From an uncultured Thermoplasmatales archaeon (GTDB taxonomy: Archaea > Thermoplasmatota > E2 > UBA202 > DSCA01): DNA of 64,000 bases. Positions 47,476-57,095 of this stretch are shown here, piece after piece. A program made the translations under genes and the position numbers. The notes under the pieces were generated by a model. The model had not been told where the DNA came from, searched no databases, and worked only from the letters and a program-made list of their open reading frames with translations. The stretch spans positions 68,407-132,406 of the forward strand of contig CAZESS010000003.1 of assembly GCA_964514975.1 (NCBI GenBank), written 5' to 3'. The number at the start of each line of letters is the position of its first letter. Positions within the stretch are counted from its first letter, which is position 1.

Positions 47476-48030
47476 ATGAGCTGGATACGCACCATCGGCG
47501 ACGCGGATGCCACGGGAGACCTCAAAGAGATTTATGAGGAGGTGCAAAAACGTCGGGGGAAGCTGTCTAACATCATGCGGGTGCAGAGCCTCAACCCGGA
47601 GGCATTGCGGGCGCATCTCGATCTGTACATGGCAGTCATGTTCGGCCCGTCGGGGCTCTCTCGGATGGAACGCGAGCTGGTCGCCCTGACCGTGTCATTG
47701 GCCAACGGCTGCCCGTACTGCATCCGGCATCACGGGGAGGCACTGCGGCATTACTGGAGCGATGAACGGGTGGAGCGGTTCATCGACGACCCCGGCTCGG
47801 CTGCGCTCCCGGAGCGGCAGCGGCACCTGGTCGACCATGCCAGGATGCTGACCCTGCATCCCGACGAGGTGGACAGCGACGACATCGAGCGGCTCCGCAT
47901 GCAGGAGCTGACGGACGAGAGCATTCTGGCACTCACCCTCATCGTCTGCTATTTCAACTTCGTGAACCGCATCGCGCTCGGCCTGGGTGTGTCCTTTACA
48001 GAAAACGAGGCATCCGGCTACCGCTACTGA
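47476..48030 (+). CDS. AhpD/CMD-like peroxidase-related enzyme
   Basis: LSRMERELVAL.VS..NGCPYCIRHH, YFNFVNRIA. Confidence 0.9.
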   Translation: MSWIRTIGDADATGDLKEIYEEVQKRRGKLSNIMRVQSLNPEALRAHLDLYMAVMFGPSGLSRMERELVALTVSLANGCPYCIRHHGEALRHYWSDERVERFIDDPGSAALPERQRHLVDHARMLTLHPDEVDSDDIERLRMQELTDESILALTLIVCYFNFVNRIALGLGVSFTENEASGYRY

Positions 48031-48103
48031 TTGCGATGCGAGGCATCCGGGAAATGCGGCCCGGGCGCCACACATTGTTTAAAAAAAGGGCTGTACTGAT
48101 GGT

Positions 48104-48622
48104 ATGATGGCCACCGCAAGGAGATGCAGTGACATCGTCGCGCGGCTGGAAGCGCTGGGCAACAGGAAAAACATCGACGGTATGCGGCGCTATGGTATCA
48201 CCGGCCGGGCATATTGGATCCGTATCCCTGAGCTCCGGCGGATAGCCAGCGAGCATAGCCGTGACCATGACCTGGCGATGGCGCTGCTGTGGAGCCAGCG
48301 AGAGGAGCAATACGTCAGGCGTGCCGGCTACGTGCTGATGGCCATGCTCGCCGTCCACCGGAAGGAGGCAGACGAGGGGTTTTTCACGCGGTTTTTTCCC
48401 GCCATCATACGGGGTGCCGACGGCGAACGGCGACATGTAAAACAGGCAGTCAGCTGGGCGCTCAGCCAGATAGGAAAACGCGGCCGGGAGCTCAACGAAG
48501 CAGCAATCTCCGCCGCCAGGGACATCTAGCGGCAGGACAGCCCGGCAGCCCGATAGGTGTCAAACGATGTGCTGCGTGAGCTCACCAGCGAAAAAGTGCA
48601 GCGACGACCCCGGCAGGACTAA
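48104..48622 (+). pseudogene. Disrupted DNA alkylation repair (AlkD-like) gene
   Basis: IPELRRIA..DHDLA joined directly to W..EEQYVRRAG (apparent internal deletion); VKQAVSWALSQIGKR; in-frame TAGs at 48527 and 48554, after which homolog-like sequence DVLRELTSEKVQRR continues. Confidence 0.75.
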
Positions 48623-49986
48623 CGCTGGCCGCCAAGCTCGTCAATCAACAGCCGGGCTGAATCGGCGGCGCAGTTCACGGCAACGCCTTTCCCCTCGGTG
48701 GAATCACCGACCAGATAAAAGTTTTTCAACGGCGTCTTCACCGACGGCTTCGGGTTGTCGATGGTTTTCGCAACGGCGTCGAGATGCCATATCGATGGAT
48801 ACAGCGCCCATTTCAGCCTCCGCCGCCAGCCGGGGATGAGCCTCGCAAGGTTTGCGTCCAGCATGTCCCGCAGCCGCCGCAGTGTCGCGGCATCACGGGC
48901 CTCGTCGGGCGAGCAGATGATGTAGGCCTGCACCAGCGCATGTCCCGAGGGAGCCATCTTTGCCCGGGGATGCGACGGCTTGAAATCGATCATACCGACG
49001 GCGTCGCCGCCTTCCACCCCGGCGTCACGCTCTATGAACATGTAGGCCCGGCCGACATGGTCATCGGGTATCCCGGCCAGTGCATACCAGGCACAGAGGC
49101 TGCCCGTGCCCGATAGCCCTTCAACGTAGCGCGCCCATCCCTGGGGGAAGGCATCCCGTGCGGCGATGGAAAACGTGTCCTGGACCGGGAGATTGCTCAC
49201 CACCAGGTCATAGTCCCTTTGCTCGTCCGCGACGACCCCGCAGGCCACGCCGTCCTCGATGACCACCTGCTGTACCTCCTGCGCTATGATATGGCCGCCA
49301 TGGTCGCGGAGCCACCCGGCAAGCTTGTCAGCGATGGCACCCATGCCGCCCACCGGATAGGCGACGGGATGCGAGCCCATGAGCTCCCGCTGCGCCCAGA
49401 ACGTCTCGCCGGTCGAGATGCGCCCGAGGTCGTTGACCGTGGTGATCAGCCGGGGGAACAGCTCCAGGGTGAGCCGCATCTTGCCCCGGCCGTATTTTTC
49501 GATGGTTTCCGACATGGGAACGTTTTCGAGGGCCTCTATGGTCCGCCGGCGTGAAAACAGCAGCTGCATGATGCGGGGGAGCATCCTGACCTTGTCCCAT
49601 ATAGATAGATAGGGAAAATCAATGGTGTCGCCGATGATGCCCAGCCGTGAACCGATGAGCTCCTGCTCGACGCCGAGCAACTGGAGTACCTGCATCGGCG
49701 CCGCGTTGTCGCCGCCGCCCATCAGATGAAAGCCAAGGTCAAAACGGTAGCCCTCCAGCAGTCCATCGAAAATGTCATCCAACGAGGGCTCGGCAAACGG
49801 CACCGCCATGTCAAACCGGCTCAACAGGTGAAGATAGTCCTCCTTTGACAGGCCGCCGTCGACGGTCATCGCCCGGCCGCCCATCCCGGCCTCACGCTCA
49901 TACACGTCGACCTGGTAGCCATGGCGACGGAGCAACGCCGCAGCCGACAAGCCGCCGATGCCCGCTCCGACAACCGCTGCCCGCAT
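48619..49986 (-). CDS. FAD-dependent oxidoreductase (phytoene desaturase-like)
   Basis: VVGAGIGGL, YERE..MGGRA, FDLGFH, YPVGGMG, NFYLVGD. Confidence 0.85.
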   Translation of the reverse strand: MRAAVVGAGIGGLSAAALLRRHGYQVDVYEREAGMGGRAMTVDGGLSKEDYLHLLSRFDMAVPFAEPSLDDIFDGLLEGYRFDLGFHLMGGGDNAAPMQVLQLLGVEQELIGSRLGIIGDTIDFPYLSIWDKVRMLPRIMQLLFSRRRTIEALENVPMSETIEKYGRGKMRLTLELFPRLITTVNDLGRISTGETFWAQRELMGSHPVAYPVGGMGAIADKLAGWLRDHGGHIIAQEVQQVVIEDGVACGVVADEQRDYDLVVSNLPVQDTFSIAARDAFPQGWARYVEGLSGTGSLCAWYALAGIPDDHVGRAYMFIERDAGVEGGDAVGMIDFKPSHPRAKMAPSGHALVQAYIICSPDEARDAATLRRLRDMLDANLARLIPGWRRRLKWALYPSIWHLDAVAKTIDNPKPSVKTPLKNFYLVGDSTEGKGVAVNCAADSARLLIDELGGQR

Positions 49987-49987
49987 C

Positions 49988-50992
49988 TTACATCTCCGGC
50001 TGGAAGGCACGAACGCCGGTCAGCGGGGAAAACACGACATACCAGGCAATGGGGAGCACCGCGAGGCCGACAGCTGCAAGGATGCCAATCTCGCCCATCA
50101 GCATCACGGGGACAATGGCATAGCGGAGAAACGAGGCGCCGGCGATCAGCCGCCGGAGCAACGAACGGTCGAAACGCCGCAGCCGGAGCAACCTGACCTC
50201 GATAAAAAGCACGCCGGCCAGCATCACCGCGAGCAGCGCAAGCTGCCATACCTCGTATGCGACACCATACACAAAGGGAACAAAGACGAGCGCGGCCGAC
50301 GACAGCCGGATGCCCATGCCAAACATTTGAAACGAGAGCGGGACCGTCAGCCGGCTGCCCCGCACCGACACGCCGGCAACCCGCGCGAGATTGCATACGC
50401 CCATCAAGGGGTCATGGTCGGCGTCCTTGATGCCGCCCTCCACCGCGTTCATGTGCAACGTTTGATTAAACGTCAGCGCGAACACCGTCCAGGTCAGCAG
50501 CGACGGCCGGGCAAAAGCGAGGACGCCAAACAAAAACGTCGCAGCCATCGCCAGCGCGACAAACAAATCGGAGCCAGCGATTTTTTTGCCATACAGGTTG
50601 TACACGGTGCCCAGCGCCCAGGCCACCGCGAACATGGACAGCGCAGCCATTTTCCGGTCGGAGAGAACGGTGCCATGCCAGAGCAGCGCAGCCAGGAAAA
50701 ACGCCAGAAGCAGGGTGACGAAGCAGACCATGACAGCGCTCGTCCGCGAAATCGCGCCGCTCACCAGCGGCTTGTCCTGCAATTCCTCGATGAGACCGTC
50801 GAGCCTGACGTCGGCGTAGTCGTTGAGCACGAAGCCATAGATGGCGACCATGCATCCTATAAGGAAGAGGATGAGCAGCGACGATGGCTCGGTGACACCG
50901 ACGGTGAGCGCCCCGAACACCGGTGGAATCGCCAGTCCGCCGAGCCCGGGGAGGCGAAGCAGCTTCACCCAGGCGGCAATGGTTTCGCGCAT
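49988..50992 (-). CDS. UbiA family prenyltransferase
   Basis: NDYADVRLD..KPLVSG, YN, KDADHD Asp-rich motifs; many TM helices. Confidence 0.9.
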   Translation of the reverse strand: MRETIAAWVKLLRLPGLGGLAIPPVFGALTVGVTEPSSLLILFLIGCMVAIYGFVLNDYADVRLDGLIEELQDKPLVSGAISRTSAVMVCFVTLLLAFFLAALLWHGTVLSDRKMAALSMFAVAWALGTVYNLYGKKIAGSDLFVALAMAATFLFGVLAFARPSLLTWTVFALTFNQTLHMNAVEGGIKDADHDPLMGVCNLARVAGVSVRGSRLTVPLSFQMFGMGIRLSSAALVFVPFVYGVAYEVWQLALLAVMLAGVLFIEVRLLRLRRFDRSLLRRLIAGASFLRYAIVPVMLMGEIGILAAVGLAVLPIAWYVVFSPLTGVRAFQPEM

Positions 50993-51039
50993 GTCTCGCA
51001 ATCAACCCAGATTATAAGAGGGTTTCTGCCAACGCAGGG

Positions 51040-53430
51040 CTAGCCCTGCCCTGTCCACACGCCCGGCGCGGTGACGTAGACGAACACGCCCATGCCCCTG
51101 CTGACGGCAAACCCGGGTGGCGGCGTCACACCGACCGTGTAGGACTCAAACGTGCTGCTGGTGGCGTTCCAGTAGGCGGCGATGCTGCAATAGGGCACCG
51201 ACGGGGCGAGCGAGCTCGCATTGGTTGCATCGGCATCATACCATCCAATGGTGTTCCATCCCGTAAACAGGTCAACCGCAACGCTTGACAGTGGCGCGCC
51301 GGTCACCGAAAACGTATCGGACGTGTTCACATATACGAAGTAGCCGACGCCGTCCTCGATAGCGAAGCCCGAGCCCGGTGTTATGCCAACCACATAGGAC
51401 TGGAACATCCCAGCGGAGGCGTTCCAGTAGGCCACAATGTCGCAGCCCGGTATGTCGGCGCCGAGCGAGCTCGCGTTGTAATCATTGGCGACGGGCACCG
51501 TCATCAGGTTCCAGCCCGCCGCGAGGCTGATGGTGCATCCTCCTCCGGTGATGGTGACGGCAATCGTTTGCATGTCGTTCCAGGGTCGCTGGTCGCCCGT
51601 CAGAGCCGTTGAGACGGAAACATAATACCTGGAGGTGTTGGCAAAGAGATATGTCCAGTGAACCGGCATGGTGGCGTTGCTTGCCAGCGAGGAAACGGTC
51701 GCCTGGTTGGCATACACGCACTGGGTGACCTCGTCGTCGCGGGCGAGAAGAGATACATCATCGATGTACCAGCCCGGGTCACCGTGGACGCCCGAATCGG
51801 TGGCGAAATGAAACCGGAGCTGCACCATCTGGCCTATGAATGGGGAGAGATCAAAGGTTTTTTTCTCCCAGCCGTTGGACGTGCCGGTAAACGCGAACTG
51901 TCCTTCTATGCTGTTGCCATAGCCGGTGTTCAACGTCCGGTCATACTGTCCCGCATCATTGCCCGGGTCGAGCTGCGTCCATCCGCTGCCGTTGTTGACC
52001 TCGACGACCCCGCCGTCATACCCGTTTTCGATGTCATACCAGGTGTAAAACGAGATCGTGGCAGCGTCACATGCGGGAATCAACATGGAGGTAAGCGAGA
52101 GATATTCATCTGTATTGTCCTGGCCATAGGAGCCATCAAGGTTTGTCCCCCGGCAGCGGCTGCCCGAATGCGCCGCGGGCGGGCCAACGCTCGGGATGCC
52201 CCATTCCCAGAGAAGATGGTCGCCCGTTGCGGTCCAGTTGCCGTCATCTGATTCCATGTCATCGCTGTAGACGGGGGATGTAACCGCGGGGGAGAGCACC
52301 TCGTCTACGCTGCATGTAACGGTGACGTTGCTCTGGTTGACGGTGCCATGGTTTGCCAGGGTGGCATTGATGGAAATCACTCCGGCAGGCAAGGACTGGT
52401 TGTCCTGCGGATGGTCTATGGAGACCACGCCGACGTCATGCTCCCGCTGTACGTCGAGGGCGGCGAGCTCGACAAGGGTGCCCGTCATGAAACGGGTGAC
52501 GACGGCGTCATAGGACAGGTTCATGTTCGCCATGGTGTCCTGCGGGGAGTGATAGTAATTATTGAACTCGTATTCGTGATAGAAAATGGCGTCATATCCA
52601 TTCGACCAGAAGGAATAATGGTCGCTGTTGGCGCTTCCGGAAAGACGGTGCACGGTCAGGCCGACCTCGGGATATGTGCTGCTGACGTTGACGGCGAGGT
52701 CGGTCATCCATTGCGATGCGGTGTTCTCGTATATCTTGACGTTCGTGCCTCCCTGCGGCGTCTCGGTGTACCCGATCATGTCGGCGTTGAGCGCACCGGC
52801 GATGTTGTCTCCCTGCGCCGCGGCATAGCTGGCGTATCTGCTACTGCCCAGGAGGCCCTGCTCCTCCCCGGAGAAAGCAACGAATCTGACCGTGTGCTCG
52901 AACTGGTAGGTGCTCATTGTTTCCGCTGCGGCGAGAACCGCAGCCGTGCCGGAGCCGTCGTCATCCGCCCCCGGGGAGCCGCTGACGCTGTCGTAGTGAG
53001 CGCAGATGACATATACCCGGTCGCTCGAGGTGTTGGTGCCCTGGAGCTCGGCGACAATGTTCCGGTCGCTGTATCCGCCGCTGGCCCAGTTGTGGTAGGA
53101 GACGGATAGGTTCATGGCCTGGAACTGGGTGTAGATGTAGGTGCCGGCATTGTGGCAGGCAGTGGAGCCGGTAACCCTCGGCCCGAAGCCCTCAAGGGTC
53201 TGTATGTACCCGGTGACCATGCTCTCGTTGATTGTCTGCAACATGGCGGCAACAACGGGGTCGTACTGCACCCGGCCGTCCCGCGCCCCGGCCGGAGCCG
53301 CATCGAGATATATTTTCTCTCCCGCGTCGTATGCGCCCGGGCCGGCGACGACCGTGACGGTAAATATCAGGGAAAAAATGAGGCAGGCGATGACGCCCTG
53401 CTGAAAAATTCTTTTCATGTCCATCGTCAT
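51040..53430 (-). CDS. Secreted multidomain M28 peptidase (M28 + CARDB-like + jelly-roll domain + duplicated C-terminal module)
   Basis: CAHYDS, PGADDDGSG, FSGEEQGLLGS, SDH, YHSPQD; WYDIENGYDGG...LRFHFATD..GWYIDDV; two GWN...AYWNA...GF...G.G.FVYV repeats. Confidence 0.9.
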   Translation of the reverse strand: MTMDMKRIFQQGVIACLIFSLIFTVTVVAGPGAYDAGEKIYLDAAPAGARDGRVQYDPVVAAMLQTINESMVTGYIQTLEGFGPRVTGSTACHNAGTYIYTQFQAMNLSVSYHNWASGGYSDRNIVAELQGTNTSSDRVYVICAHYDSVSGSPGADDDGSGTAAVLAAAETMSTYQFEHTVRFVAFSGEEQGLLGSSRYASYAAAQGDNIAGALNADMIGYTETPQGGTNVKIYENTASQWMTDLAVNVSSTYPEVGLTVHRLSGSANSDHYSFWSNGYDAIFYHEYEFNNYYHSPQDTMANMNLSYDAVVTRFMTGTLVELAALDVQREHDVGVVSIDHPQDNQSLPAGVISINATLANHGTVNQSNVTVTCSVDEVLSPAVTSPVYSDDMESDDGNWTATGDHLLWEWGIPSVGPPAAHSGSRCRGTNLDGSYGQDNTDEYLSLTSMLIPACDAATISFYTWYDIENGYDGGVVEVNNGSGWTQLDPGNDAGQYDRTLNTGYGNSIEGQFAFTGTSNGWEKKTFDLSPFIGQMVQLRFHFATDSGVHGDPGWYIDDVSLLARDDEVTQCVYANQATVSSLASNATMPVHWTYLFANTSRYYVSVSTALTGDQRPWNDMQTIAVTITGGGCTISLAAGWNLMTVPVANDYNASSLGADIPGCDIVAYWNASAGMFQSYVVGITPGSGFAIEDGVGYFVYVNTSDTFSVTGAPLSSVAVDLFTGWNTIGWYDADATNASSLAPSVPYCSIAAYWNATSSTFESYTVGVTPPPGFAVSRGMGVFVYVTAPGVWTGQG

Positions 53431-53563
53431 GTTTACCGGCTGGATTTATATGTATTTACCGGTCGAAGGCACCCGCTGGCCGGCCACCATACCGGCAGTG
53501 GCGTAATGCTCAGAATTTTTATAAAAATTTACATATGAGCTGGCTTTTTGATACTGCTTTACC

Positions 53564-53761
53564 ATGATGAACGCGCGGGTGTTCGCCAGGAGCCTCAAGG
53601 TGCTGGCGCAGGTCTGCTCCAGGGATCCGGAGCAGGTAGACACCCGTCTCCTCAGAAAGCTGCAGGAGTTCGGCTACATCGACGAGGAGGGGCATCTCAC
53701 CGCTTTTGGGAGAAAGCTGCTTGCCTATATCATGGCGCATCGCGACCAGTTTTACCCGTAG
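53564..53761 (+). CDS. Small winged-helix-like protein
   Basis: LRKLQEFGYIDEEGHLTAFGRKLL wing motif; follows an AT-rich promoter. Confidence 0.6.
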   Translation: MMNARVFARSLKVLAQVCSRDPEQVDTRLLRKLQEFGYIDEEGHLTAFGRKLLAYIMAHRDQFYP

Positions 53762-54323
53762 CGCCGGCGAGCGACGCGACCTTTTTCATGTCCTCATGGA
53801 TGACATCGCGGAGCCCGGGGTTGTAGAGCGCTGCCGCGGGATGATAGAGCGGCACGATGTGGAGCATCGCCAGGGGCGAGCGGTAGACGGTTCCATGGAT
53901 GCCGGAGAGCGGCCCTGCGTCGAATCCATATGAGGACAGGATGTAGCCGGCGGCGAAGGTCCCCAGCGTGCATATCACCCGTGGCGCTATCAGCTCTATC
54001 TGCCTGTCGAGATATGGGGTACAGGTGTCGATTTCGTGCCGTGTTGGATCGCGGTTGTCCGGCGGGCGGCATTTGACGACGTTGGTGATGTAGACGCTGT
54101 TTCGTTCGAGGCTGGCTGCCGTGAGCGCCTCGTCGAGCACGGTGCCGGCGCGTCCGACAAATGGACGTCCTGTCTGGTCTTCGCGGCCGCCGGGGGCCTC
54201 CCCGATGAACATGATTGCTGCGTCATGGTCGCCTTCGCCGGGCACCGCGTTTCTCCGTGTTTTGTGGAGATGGCAGCGCCGGCAGGTTTGTATCGTGTGC
54301 TCGAGGTCGTTAAGATGTGGCAT
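53730..54323 (-). CDS. udg: Uracil-DNA glycosylase family 4
   Basis: CRRC.L, IGEAPG, RPFVGRAG, NVVKCRPPDNRDP, YHPAA. Confidence 0.95.
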   Translation of the reverse strand: MPHLNDLEHTIQTCRRCHLHKTRRNAVPGEGDHDAAIMFIGEAPGGREDQTGRPFVGRAGTVLDEALTAASLERNSVYITNVVKCRPPDNRDPTRHEIDTCTPYLDRQIELIAPRVICTLGTFAAGYILSSYGFDAGPLSGIHGTVYRSPLAMLHIVPLYHPAAALYNPGLRDVIHEDMKKVASLAGATGKTGRDAP

Positions 54324-54630
54324 GGTGCTCACGGTAGGGAAACCGCATGACGGCACCGCAGTGCTGGCAGGTGATCGTGAGGCGTCGGTCGCCGGTGCGG
54401 ACGCGGCAGGTTTTGCCGGGCATCAGATACCGGTAGCAGCTGTGGCAGAAGCGGCGCCGCTGGCTGCTTGACAGGCGGACGAGGTATTTCATGGACAGCT
54501 TCCGGGCGAGCGCTATGTATCGATTGGCGAGTTCCATGTCGCTCTGGAGAGCCCGGCGCTCGGCGAGCGTGAAAAGCCGTTCGATGCGTTCTCTGGCTAT
54601 CTGTTTTCGGCGGTGTTTTCGATGGCTCAT
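54310..54630 (-). CDS. rnp4: Ribonuclease P protein component 4 (Rpp21)
   Basis: IARERIERLF, FCHSC...PG...CQHCG..RFPY. Confidence 0.92.
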   Translation of the reverse strand: MSHRKHRRKQIARERIERLFTLAERRALQSDMELANRYIALARKLSMKYLVRLSSSQRRRFCHSCYRYLMPGKTCRVRTGDRRLTITCQHCGAVMRFPYREHHATS

Positions 54631-54647
54631 AGCGCGATGGCCCTGTG

Positions 54648-54725
54648 TCAGCTTTCTATCTTTATCTTTTTGGTGTACTCCCATCTGTCGGTGGATAGGC
54701 GTACCCACGTTTCGTTTGCTTGCAT
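54648..54725 (-). CDS. Candidate 25-aa micro-protein MQANETWVRLSTDRWEYTKKIKIES
   Basis: GGGGAGG Shine-Dalgarno just upstream of the ATG; fills the gap between nfeD and rnp4 on the same strand. Confidence 0.4.
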   Translation of the reverse strand: MQANETWVRLSTDRWEYTKKIKIES

Positions 54726-54762
54726 TTGTTCCTCCCCATTCGGTTCATCCAGATGCCGGTAC

Positions 54763-56085
54763 TTATGTGTTTCGCTTTTTGACGTGCAGGGTCATCCGTT
54801 CCGTGTCGGTGACGACGATGGTCTCGCCCTCCTGGATTGGCGTGTCACTCCTGGCTTTCCAGAGCTTGCCGCGGACCTTGACCTGTCCCTCGGGGTCGAT
54901 GTCGGTGACCGCTATGCCGGTGCGGCCGATGAACTCCTCGTTGCCCATGCGCGGCTGCGAGCGCTTTGTTTTGAGCGAGGCGTAGAGGGCGTATGCGAAA
55001 AACCCGCCGATGACTATCGCTGCGGCGATGCTGGCGATGCGGAACGAGGCGAACCAGTCTGCTGGCATCTCGTATAATGCATCGCTCGCGGGTATTAAAA
55101 CGATGCCGAAGATGAGGGTGATGACGGCGGCCGTGGTCCACAGGCCAAACGTGGGCGTGTAGGCTTCGACGGCCATGAACACGAAGGCCAGAGCGAGCAG
55201 CAGCACACCGGCAGCGTTGACCCCGATGAAGGAAAGGCCGTACAGCGCGAGGATGAGCAGGATGGCGCCGGCGACCTCGGGTACGTGGAAGCCCGGGGTG
55301 AGGAAGCCCATGACGAGGCCGAGGATGCCGATGGTGAGCAGCAGGGAAGCGATCTGCGGGTCGGTGAGATAGTCGACCAGGGTGTCCCGGAACGACCATT
55401 CGATGTGCACGACATCGGCGCCGGCGAGGTGCAGGGTGACATTGGCTTTGCCCTGCAGCGTTCCCCGTAATGTCATGCCGTCCGCCATGGCGACCAGCTC
55501 GGTGAGGTTTTCGGCCACCAGCTCTATGGTGTTGTTGGCCGATGCCTCACCGGGGGTGTAGGCGAGGTTTTCGGTGACGAAACGGCGGGCGGCTGTCGTG
55601 TTACGGCTGCGGCTGCCGGCGATGCTCTCGATTTTTTTCGAAAATGCGTTGATTTCTTTCTGCGACGCCGGCTCCGCGGTGCCGGTCGCCGGGTCGATGA
55701 CCCGGGGCTGGCATGCGCCGATGGACGTGGCGGGCGCCATCGCCGCCAGGTGGGACGAGAGCAGGATGAACGTGCCGGCGGAGAATGCCTGGGCGCCAGC
55801 CGGCCCGACATAGACGATGACGGGCACCGGGCTGCCGTCGATGGCGCGGATTATGTCGTTCATCGCCGTGGAAAGGCCGCCGGGGGTGTCCAGCCTGACG
55901 ACCAGTGCCGCTGCATCATTGTCCTCCGCGATGTCGATGGCCTTCCGGAAGCGACCGGCGGCTCCCTCCGCAATCATGCCGTCGATGGTCGCCACATATA
56001 TCGCCGGGTCGTCGGTGGCGAGCGCCGGGGCTGGCAGCATCCCGGCCAACAGCAGGAGGAGCAGGAGGCAGACAAGGCGTTTCAC
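54763..56085 (-). CDS. NfeD family membrane-bound ClpP-class protease
   Basis: LDTPGG, AFSAG, MAPATSIGA, TM region, C-terminal OB fold GQVKVRGKLWKA. Confidence 0.93.
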   Translation of the reverse strand: MKRLVCLLLLLLLAGMLPAPALATDDPAIYVATIDGMIAEGAAGRFRKAIDIAEDNDAAALVVRLDTPGGLSTAMNDIIRAIDGSPVPVIVYVGPAGAQAFSAGTFILLSSHLAAMAPATSIGACQPRVIDPATGTAEPASQKEINAFSKKIESIAGSRSRNTTAARRFVTENLAYTPGEASANNTIELVAENLTELVAMADGMTLRGTLQGKANVTLHLAGADVVHIEWSFRDTLVDYLTDPQIASLLLTIGILGLVMGFLTPGFHVPEVAGAILLILALYGLSFIGVNAAGVLLLALAFVFMAVEAYTPTFGLWTTAAVITLIFGIVLIPASDALYEMPADWFASFRIASIAAAIVIGGFFAYALYASLKTKRSQPRMGNEEFIGRTGIAVTDIDPEGQVKVRGKLWKARSDTPIQEGETIVVTDTERMTLHVKKRNT

Positions 56086-56146
56086 ATGCTCATATCGGAG
56101 GGCGGTATAAGTATATAGGCGTCGCCAGAGAAAAGATTGGTGTTCA

Positions 56147-57064
56147 TCAGTTATCGGGCTGCCCCACGTCTGTATCCGCCGGATGTGCCGTGACGGTCAG
56201 CCGCTCGAGCTCCGGGACCTCCTCTGTTGCATGGTCGAGGATGCGCTGCCGGATGCTGTAGACCTCGGCGATGGACATATCCCGGGGCACCACGATTTCG
56301 AGTTCTCCCTGCAGCACGGGGCCGGAGCGGCGCAGGCGGATGAACGACGCCTCGACGATGCCGTCGATACCTCTGGTGATGCGCTTGATGACCTGGCTTT
56401 GCAGCAGGCACCGGCTGTCGCAGGCGTCGACCAGCATGGCGCTCGACTCCTTGATGGATATATATCCGATGCTGACGATGGCGATAGCGATAGCGAAGCC
56501 GACGATGGCGTCGGCGATGACGAACCCCGCCGAGGAAAACAGCAATGCAACCACGGTGAGCGCCGACGCGGTGCCATCCTTGATGGTGTTGTACGCCTCG
56601 AGTTTTACGGACCCTAGATGGGTGTCACGGCCCACCCGTTTTTTGTACAGGCCGAGCACGAGCGCGACGATGGCGGCGGCGAGGGCCAGCGCGATGCCGA
56701 CCGCGGGCAGCGTGACGGGGTGCGGGTCGATGAGCTGCTGGTAGGAACGATAAAAGATGTAGCCGGCCAGGATGAACATGACGATGGCGGCGGCGATGGA
56801 CGCCAGGTTTTCGAGCTTGTAGTAGCCGAAGTGGAAGCGGTCGTCCGCCGGCCGCTGGAAGTAGAGGAGGCCGGCCCATACCGTGGCGGAGACGAACCCG
56901 TCACCGATGCAGTCGATGCCGTTTGCGACGAGGGCGACGCTTTCTGAGAAAAACTCGCCGAAGATGACCTGAACGACGGCGAGACCTATGAGGACGAGGG
57001 CGGTGTACCCGGCGAGGGCGTCCGCTTTCAGGTCCGAGGATTCCGGCGGCATCTCTGACAGCAT
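56147..57064 (-). CDS. Cation diffusion facilitator family transporter
   Basis: SVALVANGID, PAD.RFHFGYYKLE, six TM plus C-terminal domain LRRSG. Confidence 0.88.
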   Translation of the reverse strand: MLSEMPPESSDLKADALAGYTALVLIGLAVVQVIFGEFFSESVALVANGIDCIGDGFVSATVWAGLLYFQRPADDRFHFGYYKLENLASIAAAIVMFILAGYIFYRSYQQLIDPHPVTLPAVGIALALAAAIVALVLGLYKKRVGRDTHLGSVKLEAYNTIKDGTASALTVVALLFSSAGFVIADAIVGFAIAIAIVSIGYISIKESSAMLVDACDSRCLLQSQVIKRITRGIDGIVEASFIRLRRSGPVLQGELEIVVPRDMSIAEVYSIRQRILDHATEEVPELERLTVTAHPADTDVGQPDN

Positions 57065-57095
57065 CCGCTGCTGCTTTAAAATGGTTTATGTGAGA

